Assembly: GCA_951406725.2 (NCBI GenBank)
Contig: OX597814.1
Span: forward strand, 131,006,001 to 131,070,000
Direction of reading: 5' to 3'
DNA: 64,000 nt
Source: Octopus vulgaris
Taxonomy: Eukaryota
Part shown: positions 52,300 to 64,000 of the stretch, piece after piece
Layout: every line of letters starts with the position of its first letter
How positions within the stretch are numbered: position 1 is the first letter of the stretch
Position numbers and translations under genes: made by a program
Notes under the pieces: generated by a model
Databases searched by the model: none
Seen by the model: only the letters and a program-made list of their open reading frames with translations
What the model was told of the DNA's origin: nothing

Positions 52300-53200
52300 A
52301 GAAGTGAAATGTGTCTGGCGCTGTTGTCGTGGGTAATTGTCGTGGGTTAGCAAAAACGACAGTGTAGCATGCTGGAGTGATGCGCGATAGTACTACATTT
52401 CTTTTAACAAGCGACGCAACCCCTTAACCCAAGCACGGATGCCCTTGTTAATGTTTGTCCACAGAAAACGAGTTGATATCATCTTTTGTGTGGGACGAAT
52501 GCCAGGGTGTCACAGGCAGTGAAGGACAGTGAAAATACGTCGTCGGTATTGTTCAGGGACATAAGGGCGTTCGTGACCAGTGGAGGTATCGCACCATATC
52601 TGACAGGTAGAAGATAATGGGAACAGATGAAACTTGAGGGACGACGAATTCCGGTAATTATTAAGCTCTTCGTCGTTTTTCTGATCTGCCGTGATCAGGT
52701 AAAGATTGATAGTCTATGGAGTGTGTAAGGCGCTAAGATGGACGCGTGAAAGCGCGTCTGCTGCTGTGTTGTCTGAGCCTTTGATATGCCGAATATCTGT
52801 GGAATATTGGGCGATGAAGTCGAGGTGACGGACTTCTCTGGGAGAATAGCAGTCAGATCTTTTTCTAGCGGTTTATAGTCCGTGTAGATGCTGAAAACGG
52901 ACCCATCTAACATATGGCGGAAGTGCTTAACGGACAGATACGCAACCAGTAGCTCACGTCCAAAAGTACTGTATTTAGCCTCCGCAGGCTGAAGACGTTT
53001 GGTAAAAAAAGGATAATGGTTGCCAAACGCCAGCCACCAACTGCTGAAGGACACTACCAACTCCAGACATGGACGCATCAACCAGTGAAGTGAGGTAAAC
53101 CAGCGCCATGGCCCTAACTAGCATATCCTTTAGTTTATTGAAGGAGACCAGCTCTGCGTCACCTAAAGTTGTAACCTGTCTCTTCGTTTTGTTGCGCAGA
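52300..53200 (-). mobile_element. Ty3/Gypsy pol remnant (RNase H, integrase Zn-binding region; integrase core apparently deleted)
   Basis: VDAS..GVGSVLQQ..WQPLSFF; KRLQPAEAKYSTFGRELL.AYLSVKHFRHML.G..F.IYTD.KPL; RHLDFIAQYSTDIRHIKGSDNTAADALSR; LH.L.HPGIRPT. Confidence 0.93.
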
Positions 53201-53206
53201 ACATCT

Positions 53207-53288
53207 GGACATATGGTGTAATGGTTAAGAGCGCGGGCTACTAACCCCAAGATTCCGAGTTCGATTCCAGGCAGTGACCTGAATAATG

Positions 53289-53322
<34 letters not shown>

Positions 53323-53523
53323 TGATAATGATAATAATAACATCGAAAAATACCTTAGGAATGAGAACCCAGATTCAAAATTTCCCCATGACACTTGATG
53401 AAGGCTGGAGGGTGTATCAGCTGAAACGTTATGTTAACAACAAACAAGATGAGGACAAATATCCGTCAAATGTAAATAATGTAAATAATGTACATAATTC
53501 CTCATCTCATAAATATAGAACTG
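53207..53523 (+). mobile_element. tRNA-headed SINE-like element with internal (TAA)n and a minimal hammerhead motif (53391-53434)
   Basis: TGGTGTAATGGTTAAG A box, GAGTTCGATTCC B box; acac TTGATGA A ggctg gagggtgtat cagct GAAAC GTT atgt. Confidence 0.75.
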
Positions 53524-53880
53524 CATCTATGCTGCTTTCATAGCTATACTGCGCTCGAAATTTACTTCCTTATCTATAAAATACCAATACATTCGGCACT
53601 TCCAAAGTTTGTTTATCCTGTGTGCGTGTGTGTGTGTGTGTTGTGTGTGTGTGTGTGTGTGTGCGCGCGCGCGTGTGTGTATGTGTGTGTGAAGTTATAG
53701 TTAATGCGCTCGAAGAATAAATTCATTAGACTGTTAGTGACGTCATTTGGCCGACTCTTTTCATAACGAAAGGTCTTCTTCCCACGCCAGATTGTAATCA
53801 AACATACTAATTATGACTTCACAACAATATTTCATTCAACGCAGTTTCGTGCGACTTTAGTCAATTAATTCGAGTTTGAA

Positions 53881-54300
53881 TGGCGCAGGAATTGCTGTGT
53901 GGTAAGTAGCTTGCTTACCAACCACATGGTCCCGGGTTCAGTCCTACTGCGTGGCACCTTGGACAAGTGTCTTCTACTATAGCCTCGGGTCGGCCAAAAT
54001 CTTGTGAGTGGATTTGGTAGACGGAAACTGAAAGAAGCCCGTCATATATATGCATATGTATATATGTGTGTATATGTTTGTGTGTCTGTGTTTGTCCCCC
54101 CCAACATCGCTTGACAACCGATGCTGGTGTGTTTACGTCCCCGTAACTTAGCGGTTCGGCAAAAGAGACCGATAGAATAAGTACTAGGCTTACAAAGAAT
54201 AAGTCTTGGGGTCGATTTGCTCGACTAAAGGCGGTGCTCCAGCATGGCCTCAGTCAAATGACTGAAACAAGCAAACGAGTAAAGAATAAAGAGTAAAGAG
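53881..54300 (+). mobile_element. SINE family B, full length
   Basis: Complete consensus match. Confidence 0.93.
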
Positions 54301-54636
54301 TTTGAGTAAATGCTATGCACAATAGCGAATGTAGAAACTGCTGTTGTAATATAAGAATGAATCGTTATTTTGGGTATAAGAATGGCAGATTGGGTATTCA
54401 TAGCTGATGATGTGTAACAAGGCAGAAACATATGCGTCCTATGATCCAATGACGTCATTCACAGCCCAATATGTTTTCATGCATGTTATCGAGGAGAAGT
54501 TTCTTTCGAGACTATATTCGCAGCGGAGAATACTCGTTGTGTTAAATATGACTACACAGAAGTATTTCAATCAATGCTCCTAAGCACATACACGCACACA
54601 TACCCACACACATACGACACGAGCGCGCATATCTGC

Positions 54637-54686
<50 letters not shown>

Positions 54687-54719
54687 GAGAGTGAGTGAGA
54701 GCTACAGACAGACAGACAA

Positions 54720-54774
<55 letters not shown>

Positions 54775-54793
54775 TAGACAGATAGATATATAA

Positions 54794-54826
<33 letters not shown>

Positions 54827-54921
54827 TATTTGGATAGACACACAGACAAATGTATAAATAGACAGTGAGACAGAAATAGAGACACAGACAGATATATTGA
54901 CAGACAGTCAGACAAACAAAC

Positions 54922-55009
<88 letters not shown>

Positions 55010-55454
55010 GTAAAAATAGCCAGACAGATACATAGGCAGATTTAATGACACAGAGACACATATATAGACAAATAGATACTTAGGCAGACACACATACACA
55101 CACAAAAACACACACGTGCACGCACACGCACACACACATGCACGCGCACGCACACACACACACATATGCACGCGCACGCACACACGCACACACATAGACA
55201 GACAGATATATAAATAGACGGACTGACAGACAGATATATAAACAAGCAGATATACAGATATACAAATAGACAGACACGTATACGTAGACAGAGAGATGGT
55301 GTAAACAATAACAAAAATACAAAAAAATTCCTTAAACAAGGCCATTCCCTGTAGTTGACCTAATTGTTTATTCATGCATAAACGGTTTAAATCAGTAGAA
55401 AGTGCCAAGGGTCTTTATGAGCATCGACTACTTTAGTATCTAAGAACCACATAC

Positions 55455-56150
55455 ACCTTGGGTAAGTGTCTTCTACTATAGCCTCGGGCCGACCAAAGCC
55501 TTGTGAGTGGATTTGGTAGACGGAAACTGAAAGAAGTCCGTCGTATATAAGTATATGTATATGTGTGCGTATATGTTTGTGTGTCTGCATTTGTCTCCAA
55601 CATCACTTGACAACCGATGCTGGTGTGTTTACGTCCCCGTAACTTAGCGGTTCGTGTTGTTTTGCATTCATAATAGAATAAATATATGCAAGTTATAAAA
55701 ATAATAAAAATATACAGTACTGTTTCTACTTCGCGGATTTTCATCTATCGCAGCGGGGTTTTTTTTTTTGTTTATACATTCAGCAGCAACAAGTGAGATT
55801 ACACGGATATCTTTCATTCTGAAAGACATGCTTCATCTGCAAGTAGATTGAAATGCGAAGACGCCAACTGTTTGGAGTAATAAGTAAATTTATTGCAGAG
55901 AATAGAGCAATAATGTTGATGGTGACCACGCTGGACAAAATTCTTAGCTGCACTTTTCATCTGACTTTATGTTCTGAGTTCAAATTCCACCGAGGTAACC
56001 ATTGCCTTTCATCCTTTCAGAGTCGATGAAATAAGTACCAGTTGAGCATCGGGGTCGGTTTAATCGACTAATCTCTCCTACCAAAATTTTAGGTCTTATG
56101 CCTATAATGGAAAGAATAATATTTTCTACTCTAGGCACAAGGCCCCAATT
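55455..56150 (+). mobile_element. SINE B fragment (55455-55655) and degenerate SINE A (55890-56150)
   Basis: Family motifs. Confidence 0.75.
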
Positions 56151-56178
56151 TTTTTTTGGAGGGGGGGGGAATCTTGTA

Positions 56179-56242
<64 letters not shown>

Positions 56243-56243
<1 letters not shown>

Positions 56244-56328
56244 GAGTGAGAGAGCAGTGCATGCCATCAAAGTGACACTGGGGTAAAATATACGAACCCA
56301 GTACACCCTATGATTATTATTATTATTT

Positions 56329-56395
<67 letters not shown>

Positions 56396-56875
56396 CATGA
56401 CTACATGTATGAAAAGGGTACACTAGGCACATGCATCACAGCCATATCTGCGCGACATGGTGATCTTGTATCAAGATAAACAGCACATGACCTTGCAGGT
56501 GGGGACCAGTTAGAATTTTCTTCTGGTCGAGTAACCCATTCCGCTCAAAAGGTCCCTGAATGATGGTTGTTTAAGGATGTTGAACGAAACATCCATGTTT
56601 CCAGAGATGAATTATTCAAACCCCAAAGATTCCATCTCAACACATGGCTATGATGCTCCCCTACTACTTCTGCTCGTGTTCAGTGATGCACATTTAGTCA
56701 GCCACTAAGGGACATGGTCAACTGGTTATGGTCAAACAACTGACAAGCAAATCTGTGGTATTGAGCAGAATATTTGCTGTAGCCCTTCTTTTATACCAAG
56801 ACAAAACAATGTATATGATAACACTTCCAATCAGTTAAGATCAGAAGCAACTAGAGCCACTACATCAGGGCAATT
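56243..56875. mobile_element. Unclassified element embedded in (TAA)n arrays, with an internal TAA run
   Basis: High-complexity segment bounded by and containing TTA arrays; no ORF. Confidence 0.45.
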
Positions 56876-56952
56876 ATCATCATTGTTATTATTATTATTG
56901 TTATCATCATCATCATCATTATCATCATCATCATCATTATTATTATTATTAC

Positions 56953-57018
<66 letters not shown>

Positions 57019-57042
57019 CATTATTATTTTTATTATTATTCA

Positions 57043-57220
57043 GTAGTTTTATTTTTTATAGCGTGCTTTCACTTCACTACCGAGCGCAGCTCTGTGTGCC
57101 TTGGGTATGTGCTGTGATTTGTTGTGACGCTCTGATGGTTATTGCATGGAAAGTGTTCCGCGTAGGATGTGTGCAGTGCCTAGTAGTGCAATTTTCTGTA
57201 TGTTATATGTGTTTGTAATA
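57043..57220 (-). mobile_element. R4/Dong-like extreme 3' end between (TAA)n arrays
   Basis: YNIQKIALLGTAHILRGTLSMQ*; 3' UTR homologous to 37450-37560. Confidence 0.85.
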
Positions 57221-57298
57221 TGTTGTTGTTGTTATTATTATTATTATTATTATTACTATTATTATTATTATTTTTATTATTATTATCATTATTATTAT

Positions 57299-57487
57299 AG
57301 GCGTAGGAGTGGCTGTGTGGTAAGTAGCTTGCTTTCCAACCACATGGTTCCGGGTTCAGTCCCGCTGCGTGGCACCTTGGGCAAGCGTCTTCTAATATAG
57401 CCTCGGGCCGACCAAAACCTTGTGAGTGGATTTGGTACGCGGAAACTGAAAGAAGCCTGTCGTATATATGTATATTTATGTGTGTGC

Positions 57488-57562
<75 letters not shown>

Positions 57563-57745
57563 TGCATGTCAGTGTTTGTTCCTCCCAGCATTGCTTGACA
57601 ACCGATGCTGGTGTGTTTACGCCCCCGCAACTTAGCGGTTCGGCTAAATTGACCGATAGAATAAGTACTAGGCTTACGAAGAATAAGTCCTGGGGTCGAT
57701 TTGCTCGACTGAAAGGCGATGCTCCAGCAAGTAAAAGAGTAAATG
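57299..57745 (+). mobile_element. SINE family B, full length
   Basis: Consensus match with internal (GT)n. Confidence 0.92.
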
Positions 57746-57749
57746 TGTA

Positions 57750-57775
57750 AAGATTATTATTATTATTATTATTAT

Positions 57776-57874
<99 letters not shown>

Positions 57875-58878
57875 CGGTTGCGGCGGCGGCTACTTGCGGT
57901 AAGGGTGTAGAGAGCAAATAGCATTTGGAAAGAAATGAGTGGAGGAAGTAGCAGCGATGAGAGTAGATGGTTCCGGTGGCTGTATGTCGGTAATAACGAT
58001 GATTTGGGTGCTAATGTTGATGGTTATTATCAGGGCACAATCAAGAGTGTGAGGGAGGAGCGTGGGGGCGACAGCAGCGTTGGTGATGGTGATGACAAGC
58101 AATGGGGAGAGAAGGAGGAAGAGTAACTGTCCTTGCGGTGGTATTGGTGGAGGTGGTAGGGGTGATGCTGGGGGTAGTCTTGATAATGATGATAGTGGTA
58201 GTTGTGGTGGTGGTGATTGTAGTATTGGTAGCGGTAGTGGTAGTGGTGGTAGGGGTGGTAGTAATTGTGGTGGTGTTGGGGAGGGTGATAGTGGTAGTTG
58301 TGGTGGTGGTGGTGGTGGTGGTTGTAGTATTGGTAGCGGTAGTGGTAGTAGTGGTGGTAGTGTTGTGGTGGTGGTGATAGTAATTGTGGTGGTGTTGGGA
58401 AGGGTGCTAGTGGTAGTTGTGGTGGTTGTGGTTGTGGTAGTTGCGATGGTGGTGGTAGTTGTGGTAGTGGTAGGTTGTGGTAGTGGTAGTGGTGGTGGTG
58501 ATGGTGGTGGTAGTTGTTGTGGAGTGGTGGTAGAGGTGGTTGTGGTGGTGGTGGTGATAGTTGTGGTGGTAGTTGTAGTTGTGGTGGAGTGGTGGTGGTG
58601 GTTGTGGTTGTGGTTGTGGCAACGGATGCAGTGGTGACAGCGATGGCGATTTATTTATTTATTTCTCTCCTTATGTGTTTATTTGACTAAAATGTCAGGA
58701 AGTAATTGCGGGTTGTGATGTCGAGGGTGATGGATAAATATCAAAGAAGGGAATTAAGGAATAACAGAAAGAATGAAATGGAAGACAGAAGACGTGGGGA
58801 ATAAGATGAATGAGAGCGTGTGAAAAAGAAGGAAAGAAAGAAAGAAGGAAGGAAAGAAAGAAGGAAGAAAAGAAAGAT

Positions 58879-58913
<35 letters not shown>

Positions 58914-59031
58914 AGGAAAGAAAGAAGAAAAGAAGGAAAGAAAGAGAGAAGGTGAGAAAGGAAGAAATAAGGAAAGAGGGGAAGAAGGAAAGAAATAAGG
59001 AAGAGAGGAAGAAGGAAAGAAGAAAGAAGGA

Positions 59032-59067
<36 letters not shown>

Positions 59068-60190
59068 AGGAAGGAAAGAAAGAAAGAAGAAAAGAAGGAA
59101 AGAAAGAGAGAGGGTGAGAAAGGAAGAAATAAGGAAAGAGGGGAAGAAGGAAAGAAATAAGGAAGAAAGAGAGGAAGAAGGAAAGAAGAAAGAAGGAAAG
59201 AAAGAAAGAAAGAAAGAAAGAGTGAAGGAAAGAAAGAAAATGAACGAGAGAAAGAAGGATGGAAAAAAGAAAGAAGGGATAGAAAGAAGGAAAGAAAGAA
59301 AGCAAGACAGAAGGAAAGAAAGAAAAGAACGAAAAAAACGAAAGAAAATTAAAACTAGGAAGAAAGGAAGAAAGAAAGAAAGAATAAATGAATGAAAGAA
59401 AGAAGGAAAAGAAAGGAAGAGAGAAAGAAAGATAAAAAGAACGAACGAAAGGAAGAAATGATGTTTTAACGTTTTGGGCTCAGGAGCAAAGTAGGAAGAA
59501 AGTGGCCGAAGGAAGAGGAAGAGATCGAGAAACCCTTGAAGGCGATGCCCCTGCATGGCCGCTGTCCAATGATTGAAACGAGTAAAAAGAAAGAAAAATA
59601 TTTGAGAAGTGAATAAAAATGGACGCTGGCGAAATAGAACGGAGAAAAAGGCGGAGGAAGTAGCATTAAAGGGCAAGAAGTGAAACTGGGTGGGAGATGG
59701 AAGAGTTGGGAAGGCGAAGGAGGAAGAGGAAGAGGAACGAAAAAGACGGAAATAGGGAGAAAGAGAAGAAAGTAGAATGGAGAGATGAAAAGGAAAAGGT
59801 AAAGGAGACGAAAGAAATGAAGGTGGGGGGTGGAAAGTGGCACGGGGGTGGGGATATAGTGTTGAAAAAAAGAGCAAAATGGAAGGAGATAGGCTGAGAG
59901 TGAGAGGTGGAGAGAGTGGCAGAGAGAGTGGCAGAGAGGGAGTGGCAGAGAGGGAAGAGAAGAAAGGAAAGAAGGAAGTATGACAGATCTTTGAAGATGA
60001 AAATAAGAAAAAAGTTAAAAGTGGCAATGAATGGAGAAGATTTTAGTTTTAAATAATATAAAAGAAAAAAAAAAACAAACGCACAAGAGAGAACGTGAAA
60101 TGGTGAGATGTATGAGGGAGTGAAAGAAGAAAGGAACGAGTGGTGAGGAATAAAAGACGAGATGATGAAAGAGGAAGAACTATAGAATGA
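57750..60190. repeat. Low-complexity (GTA/GGT)n then purine-rich (GAAA/GGAA)n tract with an internal about 140-bp duplication
   Basis: GTGAGAAAGGAAGAAATAAGGAAAGAGGGGAAGAAGG at about 58952 and about 59114. Confidence 0.9.
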
Positions 60191-60450
60191 ACAGAGGAAG
60201 ACTTGCTTGTCTAAAGGAAATGGAGGTTTTATCACAGCCTGTGAGTGTACACATCCTCTTTTAATTATGAGAAATGCTTGTATCACAGGAATGGGTTTGA
60301 ACAAGCGATTCAACACAATTATGAGTTTAACAGCCCGGTTCTACTTATGTATATCAGCTCTCATTACGTTCGGAAACACCACTTCTTGTTTCTTTGAAAC
60401 ATGGATGCATGGTTCTTTGTATAATATCTGCGTGCGTATGTGTGTGTGTG

Positions 60451-60538
<88 letters not shown>

Positions 60539-61479
60539 GACAGACAGTTGAGAGAAAAGGAATATGTTTGTGTGCCGTAAAGATAAGAGAATATCTCAGG
60601 CAACAATCTTATATGCATTTAATTAAGTGGGTACTAACATACTTAACGTGGAGAGCTGTGTGAAAAAAAAAAGCGTAATTAATTAAAAATCCACCCGAAG
60701 TGGGGAGAAAAATATCATTAGCTGAATGATATTTACTCTTGTCAATAAAAAACAGTGGGAGACGTCTCTGAAATTTAAATTAATTTTTTTAAAAAATAAA
60801 ACTTAAGCATTCACTCTTCCGGGAGTCTGAACTCAGGCAAACACGGTGACACCGCTGAACAAGAGTAGTGTCCCCCTCCTTTCTTGATAAGAATTTATCA
60901 TTAAGTTAATGCTTTTGCTTTATTTGTTTTTGTCTTTTGCTTTTGCACTGAATGCAATCTTAATTAATTAACATTTGCTGATTCATTACATTAAGTGTAT
61001 GTTAACTTCTGCTTAATTATTTATTTCTCATACAGAAGGTACCCGTGGGCAATCGCTAAGCCATTCTTATTATATACAGTGAAGTTAGAGGATGTAGGTA
61101 AGTTTTTATCTCGCGCGCAGATGAAAAAGCTATCGTTTCTAGACATTTACTTTTCGTCTGGGAGGGAAAAATCTTTCATATACAGCTAACTTAGTGATAA
61201 ATCATCGTAGAAGTCTTTCGTAGTTGCACGATCTGCTGGAATTAACAGCTACATCTCTCTCAAATCCAATCCTGCTTTCTTAAACAGAGGAGGACATACT
61301 GGTTTCTGTAGCATTAACTTATCAATATATCAACATAGAAGTTTCCACTTGTTTGACACCAAATAATAAACGTTTTAATAAAGATAGTTCTTGTGTGTTT
61401 TGAATGGCTAATATGTCTTTTCCACACTGCAATCGTTTTTGTTTTAACTCATGGTCTCAGATCTTTCAATTGGTAGGCT

Positions 61480-61785
61480 TGTAAAACTTGGTTGTCAAGC
61501 GATGTTGGGGGAACAAACACAGACACACAAACATATACATGCACGCACACACACACACACGCACGCACGCACACACACAGACACACACACGCATATATAT
61601 ATATACATATATATATACATATATATACATATATACGACAGGCTTCTTTCAGTTTCCGTCTACCAAATCCACTCACAAGGCTTTGGTCGGCCCGAGGCTA
61701 TAGTAGAAGACACTTGCCCAAGGTGCCACGCAGTGGGACTGAACCCGTAACCATCTGGTAGGTAAGCAGGCCACTCCTACGCCTA
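61480..61785 (-). mobile_element. SINE family B 5' two-thirds
   Basis: Reverse complement of consensus. Confidence 0.88.
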
Positions 61786-61799
61786 GCGGTACTCAGATT

Positions 61800-63700
61800 T
61801 AAAATATCTACGGCATTCTAATTTATTTTACCATCTACGAATTATCTCGCCTGAATCGTTCGTAGTACGAAAGCCGTTAAAATTCTTCACAATTGCTCAC
61901 CTCTTAGAATATTCTCACTATCGGCAAAATGTCTGTTGTTGAGACAGACACTGCCATATCTTCCCATTCATCATTATTGCTGTCTTTTTATCTCTTAAAC
62001 ATGCATCATCATTCGGGTCGACCGATTCCGCCGCTTGTTGGAATGTCGTCAACTCCGGATCATCAGTTTCGGTTACGTTAAATCTAAACTGTTTTTCTCT
62101 CACCATGTCATGGATGGATCACCAAATCTGTTACTGTTGTAAAGCCTTCCTGAAGTAATTGAGGATCGTGAAAGTTGTAAGTTTGCTGCGCGTGTTTGTG
62201 ACAAGATGGATAACACTCAGGACACCTTCTCCTCGATTTACGATCGAGTTCCATTCCGACTGACAGGTCGTAAGTCAATCTGGTCGTATGTCGGATTTAT
62301 ATTTTTCAACATTATTTTCATTCATGCAACTGATGCTTGAAAGCGACTGAGTGAGAGACAGTGGCAGGCAGTGGATGCCTGAGTCTGAGGGAGGCTTACG
62401 TTGCTAGATGCTGCCATATTTATCGTACACGCAGATTCCCATTAGTAAATGAAACACGTGTGGTGGAGAATAAATAATTCAAAAAACTTTCCATTTTACT
62501 ATTTTATTATATATATATATAGCCCAAGAATCAACTGATCAAGGTATGACAGAAGCATAATTTCAGTACTTTTATAATTCCTTTGTTACACCATTAAATT
62601 ACTGGTGTTAGATTTGATGGGAGAGAGTTTATCTAAGGTTTGCAATTGCTATTATTATATTATCTCTGTTATTTCTCGATCAAATTCTATTAGACAAATG
62701 GTAAAATAGCACTCCTATCATCCAACTGTTCTTTCTATTTTGCAGGTAATCGTGGGGTCTTCACACAGAAAAATTGGAGGATGGTGTGGAGATCTTTATT
62801 TTCCCCAATTGCTAGTAATTTTCTTTCGTCATTTCCTAGTGTGTTCTCTCTCTTGAAGCGGAAGATATTATCTGGAATACCTCTATAGCCCAATTTAATC
62901 TTGTCTATATCATACATGTCGTCAAATCCGAGGTCTGTATTTTCCTCATCTACATAAAACTTCTGATTCAAATTTGTCTTATTTTCTATCGAAGCAAACT
63001 AACAACTCGTAGGGTTGGACTATATCCTATTCGAAGTTCAGTGAAGTATTTGGCTTTCTCTGACAGCATTGCTCCAGATTAAAAGTACGTCTCTGGAGCT
63101 GCCATCGGTAAACCATTGGGATAATTTTCCATCTGCATTAGCATTTTTGCCAGTTTCTTGTTTATTTGTTTCTATTTTGCTTTGTTTTATTTATTTTTAC
63201 ATGTATTAGACTGAAAGGTTGCTCTCATTTCTTCGTTTTTCAAGGTCAATATTGATAAGTGGGATTCGAAACAAAGAATTTCTTCGCCAACTCTTTCAGG
63301 TCTTGAAGAGTAACTTCTTCCTACTGATCAACAGTTGAAACTGGCTTCATTTTCTCTTAACTGCCATTCTTCTTCAATCTTCTTTCTATAAATATGATTT
63401 GAATATTGATCTGTTCGCTTTTATTTAAAGAGCCAAGCTCAATCATATCGATGTCAGTACTCTATAAAGCAATATCATTTGATACTCTTCAATTACCCAA
63501 GTTTAACTAGATTTGTATATTCTAACAATCACTTCCATACTCTTTCAGTTATTCAATAATAACAAATACGATCGGGTCGATTGGGAAAATATTAATTGGA
63601 TCAATCAAAAGTTCTTGTATTCGATTGTGAAAATAATAAAATAGCAACCATTCACCGCTTAATTTCAAACTAACTTTTACGAAATGTCTATCTACAATGA
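61800..63700 (-). pseudogene. Unidentified decayed coding-like sequence
   Basis: Microsatellite-free, protein-like broken frames (ORFs 61918-62106 and 62735-62971; EEVTLQDLKELAKKFF; QWFTDGSS). Confidence 0.3.
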
Positions 63701-63893
63701 AGATTTAATTTACTAAAGGATACTATATTACACTATTGAATGTGAGATACAAGTACGCAGAAATTGGGACAAATAGATTGGGTAACATGGGACGGAGTTT
63801 TCTATACTAACAAGAAACCTAACATTTTTCTTGATCATACATACATACATACATACATACATACATACATACATACATACATACATACATACA

Positions 63894-63925
<32 letters not shown>

Positions 63926-64000
63926 CACGTACATGCAAAAATACGAGGTTGATGTTGTTGAAATTCAAATGAAGGGGCCTTGGATCTAGGGATAGAAACC

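Noticed and set aside
53207-53280. Genuine tRNA genes at SINE heads (also 18597-18670 and 13130-13200)
   Set aside because: A/B boxes are present but acceptor and T stems do not close, and each continues into a SINE body
58062-58637. Gly/Ser/Cys-rich ORF resembling a structural protein
   Set aside because: Degenerate (GGT/GTA)n that drifts into poly-Val; no signal peptide or splice support
63085-63125. RNase H call from WFTDGS
   Set aside because: Single motif; downstream E/D catalytic motifs not found

Overview
AT-rich, repeat-saturated animal genomic DNA. The SINE families and microsatellite load resemble an octopus/coleoid cephalopod (inference). No host protein-coding gene could be supported; nearly all supplied ORFs are translated microsatellites. 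The window holds about 40 copies of four tRNA-headed SINE families, a 5'-truncated and internally deleted CR1-like LINE, RTE fragments, R4/Dong-like RLE fragments sitting in (TAA)n, two Tx1/L1-like 3' ends each embedded in (GATA)n, a Gypsy remnant with its 3' LTR, two decayed mariners (one split by a Helitron-like element), and MITE/foldback elements, one carrying telomeric TTAGGG repeats. The most notable signal is a set of nine type-I hammerhead-ribozyme motifs, two with intact cores (46353-46417 minus, 46890-47016 plus). They lie in short non-coding Penelope-like/retrozyme elements mostly inserted in (TA)n, and one family places the motif behind a tRNA-like Pol III head. Coordinates were read by eye; element ends are approximate unless a TSD or TIR is given.
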